Of a stretch of DNA of 64,000 bases, positions 9,349 to 17,473 are shown piece by piece (the first letter of the stretch is position 1; the number at the start of each line of letters is the position of its first letter). This DNA is from Rhodospirillales bacterium (GTDB taxonomy: Bacteria > Pseudomonadota > Alphaproteobacteria > MPNO01 > UBA2964), in the NCBI GenBank assembly GCA_038116945.1, contig JAYOEY010000002.1, positions 20,958-84,957 of the forward strand, written 5' to 3'. A program made the position numbers and the translations under genes. Below the pieces are notes generated by a model. It was given only the letters and a program-made list of their open reading frames with translations. It did not search any database and was not told the DNA's origin.

Positions 9349-10794
9349 TCAGATCAGCCCGCGCCGGCCCATATAGGCGTATATCCTGTCGGCGAGATCT
9401 TCGGGCGCATGTCCGACCGTATGCAGCACGATTTCAGCATTGTCGGGCGCCTCGTAAGGCGAATCGACACCCGTAAAGTTGCGGATTTCGCCCGCCCGGG
9501 CCCGGCGGTACAGGCCTTTCGGATCCCGCCGCTCGCATTCCTCGAGCGGCGTGTCGACGAAAATCTCGATGAATTCGTCGGGATCCACCATGTTGCGAAC
9601 CATTTCGCGTTCGCTCCTGAACGGCGAAATCAGCGCCGCCAGGACGATGGTGCCCGAATCGACGAACAGCCTCGCGACCTCGCCGACGCGTCGAATGTTC
9701 TCGACCCGGTCCTCCGGCAGGAACCCGAGGTCGCGGTTTAGCCCGAGACGCAGGTTGTCCCCGTCGAGCAGATAGGTCTGACAGCCTTCGGCATTCAGCC
9801 GCTTTTCAAGGGCGTTCGCAACGGTGGATTTGCCCGACCCGGACAGGCCCGTCAGCCAGATGAGCGCCGGCCTGTGGCCCGTGCGAGCCGAACGTGCCGC
9901 TTTGTCGACCGCCGTTTCATGCCAGGAAACGGTGCTCGATCGCCAGAGTGCGAACTCCAGCGAGCCGCCGCCGGCGGTCTCGCCCGTCGCCCGGTCGACA
10001 AGCAAGAAGCTGCCGTCCGGAGAATTTTCGGATTTCCGGTCCAGCGCAATTGCCGCGTCGAAAGCGATGTTAACATAGGCGAATTCGTATCGTCGCAGGT
10101 CCCGGGCGGCGAGCCTCTCGAGCGAGTCCGGATCGAAACGGTGTTTGATCTCCGTTACGTGAGCGGTCAGCAGCCGGTCGCCGATCCTTGCCGAATAGAG
10201 GCGCTCCGGGTAGAGCGGTTCGTCGGACAGCCAGAAAACATTCGCGGCGAAATGATCCGCGGGGCCCGTCGCATCCGCGTCCGACGATCCCGCAAAGGGC
10301 TGCCTGACCCGGCAGTTTTCCAGCCAGCGCATCACGGACGGTTCTTCCGGCTGCGACCCCGTTACCGAGCTCAAGAGCGGCCCGACGGTTACGCCGGACA
10401 GGCCGAGAGGCGACAGAATGCTCCGCGCCTGTGCCGACAGGTCGGCGAGAACGGCCGGATCTTCCGCATCGATCGCGAGAAAGATGGAGGGCACTCCCAT
10501 CCTGGCGAACAGGTATGCGAGCGACCGGACCGACGTCGACAGGCGGCGTTCCGAATCCGCGATAATGACCGCGGCGTCCGCGACAGATGCAGCAATCGCG
10601 TTCGCGCCCGGAGATTGCTCCGGGTCCCACGCCTCATCGACGCCGTACAGGCGGTCGCCTGCCGACAACCGGCCGTCAGCGACGGGCAACCCGACAGCGG
10701 GGACGGTTTCGCCGTTGCCGTTCCACCTGCGGATAAGAAGACGCAGGCGCGCGTCGCCGTCTTTCGGTTCGTCGATCATGAAACGTTGCGGCAT
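9349..10794 (-). CDS. cysC: adenylylsulfate (APS) kinase CysC fused to a degenerate CysN-like N-terminal region lacking the GTPase P-loop
   Basis: The C-terminal 180 aa are canonical APS kinase ([68 protein letters not shown]). The N-terminal 300 aa align to the late G-domain and domains II/III of CysN ([13 protein letters not shown]...IFLAIDAED; [17 protein letters not shown]), but there is no GxxxxGK[ST] P-loop and NKMD is replaced by IDAED. Confidence 0.8.
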   Translation of the reverse strand: MPQRFMIDEPKDGDARLRLLIRRWNGNGETVPAVGLPVADGRLSAGDRLYGVDEAWDPEQSPGANAIAASVADAAVIIADSERRLSTSVRSLAYLFARMGVPSIFLAIDAEDPAVLADLSAQARSILSPLGLSGVTVGPLLSSVTGSQPEEPSVMRWLENCRVRQPFAGSSDADATGPADHFAANVFWLSDEPLYPERLYSARIGDRLLTAHVTEIKHRFDPDSLERLAARDLRRYEFAYVNIAFDAAIALDRKSENSPDGSFLLVDRATGETAGGGSLEFALWRSSTVSWHETAVDKAARSARTGHRPALIWLTGLSGSGKSTVANALEKRLNAEGCQTYLLDGDNLRLGLNRDLGFLPEDRVENIRRVGEVARLFVDSGTIVLAALISPFRSEREMVRNMVDPDEFIEIFVDTPLEECERRDPKGLYRRARAGEIRNFTGVDSPYEAPDNAEIVLHTVGHAPEDLADRIYAYMGRRGLI

Positions 10795-10863
10795 CCGGAC
10801 AGAAACTCGGCACTCATGACAGCGGGGCTTTCCCGTTCGACCCAGACCGGCCTGCGCGACAGT

Positions 10864-12588
10864 CTATTGCAGCTTGTCCGTCGAGGGGGCGCAGGGGCTG
10901 ACACCGCCGTTCGCGGTTCCTCTTCTTCGCGCCAGCGCATCCTTCAGCCGGTGTTCGAATACGGTCGATGCCTCGCGCTGATACAGAACGTTCGTCAACG
11001 TCCGCCAGATTCGTTTCGGGTAGAAGAGATAGCTGATGAGGTAGTTGGTCACCATGAAACCCAAACGATAGATCGCAAGTTCCCGGCGGCCGATCGTCTC
11101 GTTGTGCGTGAGCGGCTTGAGCGATGTAAATTCGCTGTTGAGCGACGTCAGCCCGAGGAAATAGCGGTCGCTCAGCTCAATCACGCCGCTTTCCTGAAGG
11201 TGCGCGAAAATTTCCGTGCCGGGATAGGCGGAATAGATGTTGATCGATGCCTCGTCGACGCCCCTTGCGGCCATCTTGAGCCCGAACCAGACGGTCCGGT
11301 ACACATCGGCGCGCGTTTCGCCCGGAAAACCGATGATCAGGTTGGTCCGAAGCGTCAACCCCAGCCTTCGCGCCGCCATCACCGATTCCGTCAGGCGATC
11401 GAGCGACACCTTTTTCTTGATCAGCTCCAGCGTTCTGGGCGAGCCGCTTTCCGGCGCGTAACACAGATAGGTGCAGCCGGTCTTTTTCAGCAGCCCAAGC
11501 GTCTCCGCATCCAGCGCCTCCGAGCGGGTGCCCGACGGCAGCGACCATTTTACGTTGATGCCTTCGTCCAGCATCCGCTGGCACAGTTCGACGGTCCATT
11601 GTTTCTTGGTGATCGCCGTCAGGTCGTAGAGCTGTATCGACGTGATGTCGTATTCGCGGATGTAATGTTTCATCTCGGCGATGACGTCGTCGATGTCGCG
11701 CAGCAGATATCGCGTCGTCCACATCTGCGCGCTCGAGCAGAAGGTGCACTGAAACGGGCAGCCGCGCGAAATCATCATCGGCATGTCCCGTTCGGTCTGG
11801 ATGCCGAAAGACTTGCCGGCAGACCAGAATTTTTCCAGATAGCCGTTCTGCCAGTGGGGCCACGGAATGTTGTCGACATCCCGGATCCGGGTCAGGCCGA
11901 CGCTTTCCAGAAACTGTCCGTCGGGTCCGATCGTACAGACGCTGGCCAGGTTCGCCGGATCGCTTCCCTCGCGAACGGCCTCGACGATTTCGTAGAAGAC
12001 ATGCTCGCCCTCGCCCAGCGCGATGGCATCCAGCGCCGGGCAGTCGCGCAGCGAATATTCCGGCAGCGCGGTTGCGTGTTCGCCTCCCGCGACCAGAAAA
12101 GCGTCGGGAAAACGCGCGCGAACGGCTTCGATCAGCCGACGGTGTATCGGCCACTCGCCGGAAAACATGGTCGAAAACCCGATGACCCGGGCGTTTCCGG
12201 GGATCATCGCGACGGTCTGTTCGATGGTGATGCCCTGACACTGGTATCCGTCGATTCCCTCCGGGTGCCAGATGACGTTGAGCCCTTCGCCGACCGCATC
12301 GACGATGACCGGTTCATAGCCGCGTTTCTTCAGATAGCCGGCAATGAAAGCCAGCCCGATCGCGGGCGTCGCTTCGTTATTGAAAGCCGCGTAGGTGGAA
12401 AGGATCGGGCCCCGGACCAGCGCCACGCCGAATTCCGCTGCGCCGGCGTCGGCCGATACAGCGCCGACATCTCTCATGATCGGGCGCGGATTGCCGAACT
12501 TGCCGGGCGCGGGCGCGTTCAGCGAGCCCGGATCGGAACCCGGATCGGAAGTCGTGTCGATGTTCGCGGAGCCTGACATTGCAACCAT
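10864..12588 (-). CDS. cobalamin-dependent (class B-like) radical SAM enzyme number 1 (possible start at Met38, nt 12477)
   Basis: N-terminal B12-binding-like region (AIGLAFIAGYLKKRGYEPVIVDA) followed by a radical SAM core with ISRGCPFQCTFCSS (C-x3-C-x2-C). Confidence 0.8.
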   Translation of the reverse strand: MVAMSGSANIDTTSDPGSDPGSLNAPAPGKFGNPRPIMRDVGAVSADAGAAEFGVALVRGPILSTYAAFNNEATPAIGLAFIAGYLKKRGYEPVIVDAVGEGLNVIWHPEGIDGYQCQGITIEQTVAMIPGNARVIGFSTMFSGEWPIHRRLIEAVRARFPDAFLVAGGEHATALPEYSLRDCPALDAIALGEGEHVFYEIVEAVREGSDPANLASVCTIGPDGQFLESVGLTRIRDVDNIPWPHWQNGYLEKFWSAGKSFGIQTERDMPMMISRGCPFQCTFCSSAQMWTTRYLLRDIDDVIAEMKHYIREYDITSIQLYDLTAITKKQWTVELCQRMLDEGINVKWSLPSGTRSEALDAETLGLLKKTGCTYLCYAPESGSPRTLELIKKKVSLDRLTESVMAARRLGLTLRTNLIIGFPGETRADVYRTVWFGLKMAARGVDEASINIYSAYPGTEIFAHLQESGVIELSDRYFLGLTSLNSEFTSLKPLTHNETIGRRELAIYRLGFMVTNYLISYLFYPKRIWRTLTNVLYQREASTVFEHRLKDALARRRGTANGGVSPCAPSTDKLQ

Positions 12589-12767
12589 GATATGTATGGG
12601 GTTCGGATTCAGCAGTAAAGGAATTTTGAATCAAGGGTTTCCGGCTATCCTTGCCGTTTCCGGCGTTCAGCCCTCTATCTGCCGGTGTCCCCATGCCGTT
12701 CCGGGAGATCCCGACGCAGCCGGGCGGTCGCGGGAACGACATAAAATAAGGAAAATAAAGAATATTC

Positions 12768-12832
12768 TTGACGTTCATGGCGCGAACGCTTTAGTGTTCG
12801 TGCCGTGAACAAGATTGTTCAGAACGTGAACG
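12768..12832. promoter_or_regulatory. operator cluster 1: three tandem GTTC-N7-GAAC palindromes, overlapped by a TTGACG -35-like hexamer
   Basis: CGTTCATGGCGCGAACG (12772-12788), TGTTCGTGCCGTGAACA (12795-12811), TGTTCAGAACGTGAACG (12816-12832). Centre-to-centre spacings are 23 and 21 bp. TTGACG at 12768-12773. An AT-rich tract (ATAAAATAAGGAAAATAAAGAATATTC) lies immediately upstream. Confidence 0.6.
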
Positions 12833-12876
12833 TTAGCAATTCGCTTCTTTCGAACGATCGTCAAGCTGCAACGCCC

Positions 12877-13509
12877 ATGACAACGAATACTGTCTCGGAA
12901 GATGAAGCGAAAATAACGCTGGGTCTTCTCAACGCCATCGAGGCGAACAGCAAGGTGACGCAGCGAACCGTCGCCCACGACCTCGGTATCGCGCTCGGGC
13001 TGGCCAACGCTTACCTGAAACGATGCGTTCGCAAGGGGCTCATTAAGGTCCAGCAGGTTCCCGCAAACCGGTACGCCTATTATCTCACGCCGCAGGGTTT
13101 TGCGGAAAAGAGCCGGCTTACGGCCGAATATCTCACCATTTCGCTCAATTTTTTCCGCCGCGCGCGAAACGAATGCGCGGAAGTGTTTCGTCAGTGCGAA
13201 CAGCTTGGTTGGCGGCGGGTCGTTCTCGCCGGTACGGGCGACCTGACGGAAATTGCAACGCTGTGCGCGAATCATGCAGAGATCGAGCTGGTCGGTATCT
13301 ACGATCCCGCCGGGACAGCGGCGGATTTTTCCGGTCTGCGGGTGTCCGACAATCTGGCGGCGCTGGAACCCTTCGACGGCGTGGTCATTACCGCGTTCCG
13401 CAATCCGCAGGAAAGTTTCGATGCGCTGGTCCGGATGATTCCGGCCGCGCGCATCGCCGCGCCGGCGCTCCTCGGAATCTCGCGCGAACCGCCGCAGCTG
13501 ATGGAATAG
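12877..13509 (+). CDS. winged helix-turn-helix transcriptional regulator with a C-terminal Rossmann-like domain (Rex-like architecture)
   Basis: N-terminal wHTH (VTQRTVAHDLGIALGLANAYLKRCVRKGLIKV) and a C-terminal alpha/beta region with a glycine-rich loop (RRVVLAGTGDLTEIA). The track start at 12805 is GTG and overlaps the operator boxes, so the ATG at 12877 is preferred. Confidence 0.6.
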   Translation: MTTNTVSEDEAKITLGLLNAIEANSKVTQRTVAHDLGIALGLANAYLKRCVRKGLIKVQQVPANRYAYYLTPQGFAEKSRLTAEYLTISLNFFRRARNECAEVFRQCEQLGWRRVVLAGTGDLTEIATLCANHAEIELVGIYDPAGTAADFSGLRVSDNLAALEPFDGVVITAFRNPQESFDALVRMIPAARIAAPALLGISREPPQLME

Positions 13510-13512
13510 ACG

Positions 13513-14049
13513 ATGAACGCGTTTCTCGCAGATACGATGGACGGAAGCACCTGCTGGTACGTGGTGCACACCCACGCGCGGGCGGAAGAAACCGCGCAGC
13601 GCAATCTGATCCAGCAGGGTTTCCAGGCGTTTCTGCCGCAATACATGAAAAAGCGCCGGCATGCGCGGCGGACCGACTGGGTAAGCGCGCCGCTGTTTCC
13701 GCGTTACCTGTTCGTCGCGATCGATGTCGCCCGGGCGCGCTGGCGGTCGATATCGTCGACCATCGGCGTTCAGCATCTGATCTGCTGCGGGGAAATGCCG
13801 GTGGCGGTTCCTGAGGCGGTGATCGCGGAGATTCGCGCGCGCATGGATGAAACCGGAATGGTTCCGGTCAGACAGAAAGTACCGTTCCGCAAGGGCGAAA
13901 CGGTACTCGTCACCGGCGGGCCGCTTGCCGACCAGGTCGGGCTGTTCGACTGCGTCAGCGACGAGGAAAGGGTATTCCTTCTGCTCGACATTCTCGGGCG
14001 GCAGGTAAAGGTCAGGGTGCCGCTCGACGCCGTCACGCAATTCGCGTAA
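13513..14049 (+). CDS. NusG paralog (RfaH/UpxY/LoaP-like specialised transcription antiterminator)
   Basis: 178 aa with an NGN domain (WYVVHTHARAEETAQRNLIQQGFQAFLPQY...PLFPRYLFVAID) and a KOW-like C-terminus (GETVLVTGGPLADQVGLF). It is not in a secE/rplK context and its ATG lies 4 nt after the regulator's stop codon. Confidence 0.75.
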   Translation: MNAFLADTMDGSTCWYVVHTHARAEETAQRNLIQQGFQAFLPQYMKKRRHARRTDWVSAPLFPRYLFVAIDVARARWRSISSTIGVQHLICCGEMPVAVPEAVIAEIRARMDETGMVPVRQKVPFRKGETVLVTGGPLADQVGLFDCVSDEERVFLLLDILGRQVKVRVPLDAVTQFA

Positions 14050-14052
14050 CGC

Positions 14053-14065
14053 GGCGCGCGGCGCC
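14053..14065 (+). other. short GC hairpin GGCGC-GCG-GCGCC directly after the NusG-paralog stop (possible pause/attenuator; no U-tract)
   Basis: Perfect 5-bp inverted repeat with a 3-nt loop. Confidence 0.2.
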
Positions 14066-14107
14066 AGAGGCCAGCGCCCACGGGTGAGACATCGGTTTCA
14101 CCCGAAC

Positions 14108-14119
14108 GGTGGTAGCGTG
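14108..14119 (+). promoter_or_regulatory. ops-like element GGTGGTAGCGTG (11/12 match to the E. coli RfaH ops GGCGGTAGCGTG) in the leader of the plus-strand Pse operon
   Basis: On the coding strand, 19 nt upstream of the 14138 ATG and 59 nt downstream of the NusG-paralog stop codon. Confidence 0.5.
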
Positions 14120-14137
14120 GCCAAAATCACCCAAGAC

Positions 14138-14800
14138 ATGCCGCTTGCCGACAACGATAGCTGGCCGCTCAACGAAGACGGCGTGTGGATCGACCTCCGC
14201 GGGAAACCTCGGGAAAGGCCCGGTCCGGTCCTGTTTCTCGATCGCGACGGCGTCATCATTTTCGATGCCGTCTATGTCGGCGATCCCGCGGATGTGGCAA
14301 TTCTGCCGGATGCCGCCCGCATGATCGCAACGGCCAACCGGATGGAAATACCGGTCGCCGTCGTTACGAACCAGTCCGGGATCGACCGGGGATATTTCGG
14401 CTGGTCCGATTTCGATGGCGTGATGAAGCGGATTGCCGACGAGCTGGCGTCCAGGGGCGCCCATCTCGATGCGGTGGCCGCCTGTCCCTTTCATCCCGAT
14501 TTCACGCCGGGCTATGGCGCCATGCACGACGGGTGGCGCAAGCCCGGCGCGATGATGATCCTGACCCTGGCAAAAGAACTCAACGCGGATCCGTCGTCGT
14601 CCTGGATGGTCGGCGATCAGGAAAGCGACATCCTTGCGGCGGCGGCGGCGGGGCTGGGCCATGCGCTTCTGTTGAGTGACGCCGGCGGCGACAGCCGCGC
14701 CGCGCCGGTCGGGCCGTCCGGAACGAAGATCGTGACGGGCAATCTGGCGGGTTTCCTGGACAGCGGGACGGGCTTGTTCGCCAGCGCGAAAACGCGTTAG
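14138..14800 (+). CDS. HAD-family phosphatase, D,D-heptose 1,7-bisphosphate phosphatase (GmhB)/histidinol-phosphatase-like
   Basis: LFLDRDGVII (HAD motif I), VVTNQSG, GWRKPGAMMIL and VGDQESD motifs. The ATG at 14138 is preferred over the GTG at 14084, which would bury the ops-like element in coding sequence. Confidence 0.7.
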   Translation: MPLADNDSWPLNEDGVWIDLRGKPRERPGPVLFLDRDGVIIFDAVYVGDPADVAILPDAARMIATANRMEIPVAVVTNQSGIDRGYFGWSDFDGVMKRIADELASRGAHLDAVAACPFHPDFTPGYGAMHDGWRKPGAMMILTLAKELNADPSSSWMVGDQESDILAAAAAGLGHALLLSDAGGDSRAAPVGPSGTKIVTGNLAGFLDSGTGLFASAKTR

Positions 14801-14811
14801 CGGATCGTGGG

Positions 14812-15675
14812 TCAGTCGACGTCGAGACAGCTTTTCAGACCCGTCGACAGGTCGATCCCGGGTCGCCAGCCCAGCAGGGACTCGGCCTGCCTGGTGTCGG
14901 CAAACACGCATGGCGTGGGATCGTCGTCATCCTGACGCTGGGTGACGACTCCATCCTCTCCGCCGGCGATATCCCGCAGGAGCTGGACGACATCGCCGAT
15001 CCTGGTCGGTTTTCCGGTGCCGATATTGAGAGCCGTCATGGCGCCCGGTCTGGTTACGGCTTTTGCAATGGCATGGGCGACGTCGTCGACGTGAATGAAA
15101 TCCCTGATCGATTCCCGGTTTCTCACCTGTGCTTCGCCTTGGCCGCGAATCGCGCGGATAAGGTAAGGTATAAGGAAATATTCGGACTGGCCGGGCCCGT
15201 AGACATTGAACAGCCGGACAATGGTGCCCCTTACGCCGTGGACTTTCGCGTAATGTCGACAGAGTTCCTCACCCATATGTTTCGTCAAGGGATAGAGCCA
15301 GCGGGGCTCAACGGTGGCCGTCTCGGAAAGCGGTTCGGTCTCGGCGCGGGGCGCGTAGACGCCCGAGGTCGATGCAAAGACGATCGCCGCGCTGTTCCGG
15401 CGACAGGCCTCGAGGGCGTTTGCGAGCCCGGCGACGTTTACCGAAACCGTCTCGCCGGGATTTTCGGGCGCCCCGGACGGCGTCCGGGCGGCAAGGTGAA
15501 CGAGAGCGTCGAAATCGGCGCTGAACGTGTCGCTGTCGCGAACGTCTCCGTCGAGGATTCGAACGGCGGCCTTCTCACGCGACAGAGACCTGCGCACCGC
15601 CCGGCCGATGAAGCCGTTCGCTCCGGTGATGGCGATGATCGGGGCGTCGGTTTTACGGGGTTCGCGGGATGCCAT
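14812..15675 (-). CDS. NAD-dependent epimerase/dehydratase (SDR)
   Basis: IAITGANGFIGRAV Rossmann motif and YPLTK (YxxxK). Confidence 0.7.
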   Translation of the reverse strand: MASREPRKTDAPIIAITGANGFIGRAVRRSLSREKAAVRILDGDVRDSDTFSADFDALVHLAARTPSGAPENPGETVSVNVAGLANALEACRRNSAAIVFASTSGVYAPRAETEPLSETATVEPRWLYPLTKHMGEELCRHYAKVHGVRGTIVRLFNVYGPGQSEYFLIPYLIRAIRGQGEAQVRNRESIRDFIHVDDVAHAIAKAVTRPGAMTALNIGTGKPTRIGDVVQLLRDIAGGEDGVVTQRQDDDDPTPCVFADTRQAESLLGWRPGIDLSTGLKSCLDVD

Positions 15676-15719
15676 CGGATCGATCCGGCTTCGATTTCGT
15701 ATGGAGGGTGCGCCGCACC

Positions 15720-16757
15720 ATGACCGTACAGCCCAATCTAGGCAAGGGGGTGAAGGACGCGCGGGCGAACCCGGCGCGGATTTCAGTTGTCGCCCCGGCC
15801 TATAACGAATCGGAAAACCTGCCGGTACTTTTCGAGCGCGTTCGAGAAGCGCTCGAAGGCATAGACGTTCCGTTCCAGCTTCTGGTGGTGGAGAACGGCA
15901 GTACCGACAACAGCATCGATGTGCTGCGGGACATGCATGAACGCGATCCCCGCCTCAACTATATCCGGCTGTCGCGGAATTTCGGACATCAGGGCGCCCT
16001 TACCGCCGGAATGGCGGTGGCGGAGGGCGATGCGTTGATCTCCATGGATGCCGATCTGCAGCACCCGCCCGAGGTGCTGCCTGAAATGATCGCCAAGTGG
16101 CGGGAAGGATATGACGTCGTCATCGCGGTCGCGAACACCAATGCAACGCAGTCCCTTGCCCGGCGGATCATAAACCGGATTTATTATTCCGTGATAACGG
16201 GCATCTCCGGTCTCGACCTGCGCGGCGGGCTTTCGGATTTTCGCCTGATGGACGGAAGCGCCGCCCTCGTCATGAAAAGCCTGCCCGAGCGGTCCCGCTA
16301 TCTGCGCGGTCTGGCCCGCTGGATAGGGTTCTCCCAGACATCGATCAGCTATGAGATCGCCGAGCGGTTTCGCGGGGAGTCGAAATTTTCGCTGGGGCAG
16401 CTCTTTCGATTCGGGGTCGATGGCGCGCTTGCCTTTTCGATCCTGCCGCTCCGGCTGTTCCTGGTTCTCGGATTTTTTGTCGCCGGCTCGTCGTTGCTCT
16501 ACGCATGCTATCTCGTGATGTCAAAGCTGCTGTCCGACCATTTCGGTATCGGAGAGAACGCCGTAAGCGGCTTTACCACCCTCGCGGCCGGCATTTTCTT
16601 CCTGAGCGGCACGATTCTGATGGGGATCGGCATTCTAGGCGAATATATCGGCCGTATTTACGACGAGACGAAAGCGCGTCCGAGCTACATCGTCTGGGAA
16701 TCGTCCCTGAAGGATCCGGATCCTGAATCCGGCTCCGACCCGCGGGAAGCCCGTTGA
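15720..16757 (+). CDS. GT2 polyprenyl-phosphate glycosyltransferase (GtrB/ArnC/DPM1-like)
   Basis: ISVVAPAYNESENL, LLVVENGSTDNS and SMDADLQHPPE (DxD) motifs with two C-terminal transmembrane helices. GGAGGG ribosome-binding site 11 nt upstream. Confidence 0.75.
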   Translation: MTVQPNLGKGVKDARANPARISVVAPAYNESENLPVLFERVREALEGIDVPFQLLVVENGSTDNSIDVLRDMHERDPRLNYIRLSRNFGHQGALTAGMAVAEGDALISMDADLQHPPEVLPEMIAKWREGYDVVIAVANTNATQSLARRIINRIYYSVITGISGLDLRGGLSDFRLMDGSAALVMKSLPERSRYLRGLARWIGFSQTSISYEIAERFRGESKFSLGQLFRFGVDGALAFSILPLRLFLVLGFFVAGSSLLYACYLVMSKLLSDHFGIGENAVSGFTTLAAGIFFLSGTILMGIGILGEYIGRIYDETKARPSYIVWESSLKDPDPESGSDPREAR

Positions 16758-17473
16758 TGGCGGAATTGCCCCATGTCGCCATATTGTGCGGTGGCCGCGG
16801 CGTGCGGTTGCGGCCGCTGACCGAGCAGGTTCCCAAGCCCATGGTGCCGGTCAACGGCCGCCCGATGCTCGATCACGTCATCGATTTTTATGAGGCCAGA
16901 GGAATCCGGCGTTTCACCCTGTGCGCCGGCTATCGCGCGGACGTCATTCGCGAGCATTACGCCGATGCCGGGCGCCCGTCGGTCATTACGATTTCGGAGG
17001 CGGGCGAGGACGCCGGCATGCTGCGTCGTCTGTGGGCGCTCAGGGACGAGCCGTTCGACCGTCTGCTCGTCGCCTATGGCGACACGTTCGTCGACCTCGA
17101 TCTCGACGACCTGATCCGCAGGCATGAAGAGCTCGGAACGCCCGCAACCATTCTGACGGCGGAGATCACCAACCCCTTTGGCCTGGTTGACGAGACCAAC
17201 GGCCGCGTGACCTCGTTTCGCGAAAAGCCCGTGATGCGGTATTACGTAGGCTGCGCGTTGTTCGAACGAGATATTTTTTCGGAAATGACCCCGGAAATGG
17301 TCGACATGCCCGACGGGAACGGGCTGGTCGCTCTTTTTCATAAAATGCTGGGCGACGGTCGGCTCGGCGCCTACCTGCATGGCGGTCTGCAGCTCACCTT
17401 CAACACCCACGAAGAACATCGTCGGGTCGAAAGCGAAATCGGCAGCTACTACACATATAGTGAAAATCAATGA
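16757..17473 (+). CDS. sugar-1-phosphate nucleotidyltransferase (HddC/MurU-like)
   Basis: VAILCGGRGVRLRPLTEQVPKPMVPV and YGDTFVDLD motifs. ATG overlaps the upstream TGA. Confidence 0.7.
   Translation: MAELPHVAILCGGRGVRLRPLTEQVPKPMVPVNGRPMLDHVIDFYEARGIRRFTLCAGYRADVIREHYADAGRPSVITISEAGEDAGMLRRLWALRDEPFDRLLVAYGDTFVDLDLDDLIRRHEELGTPATILTAEITNPFGLVDETNGRVTSFREKPVMRYYVGCALFERDIFSEMTPEMVDMPDGNGLVALFHKMLGDGRLGAYLHGGLQLTFNTHEEHRRVESEIGSYYTYSENQ

Noticed and set aside
12772-12832. Interpretation of the GTTC-N7-GAAC boxes as alphaproteobacterial LexA/SOS boxes.
   Set aside because: Alphaproteobacterial LexA sites are direct repeats (GTTC-N7-GTTC), whereas these are inverted repeats. No lexA gene or SOS genes lie nearby, and all sites sit beside glycan-modification genes.
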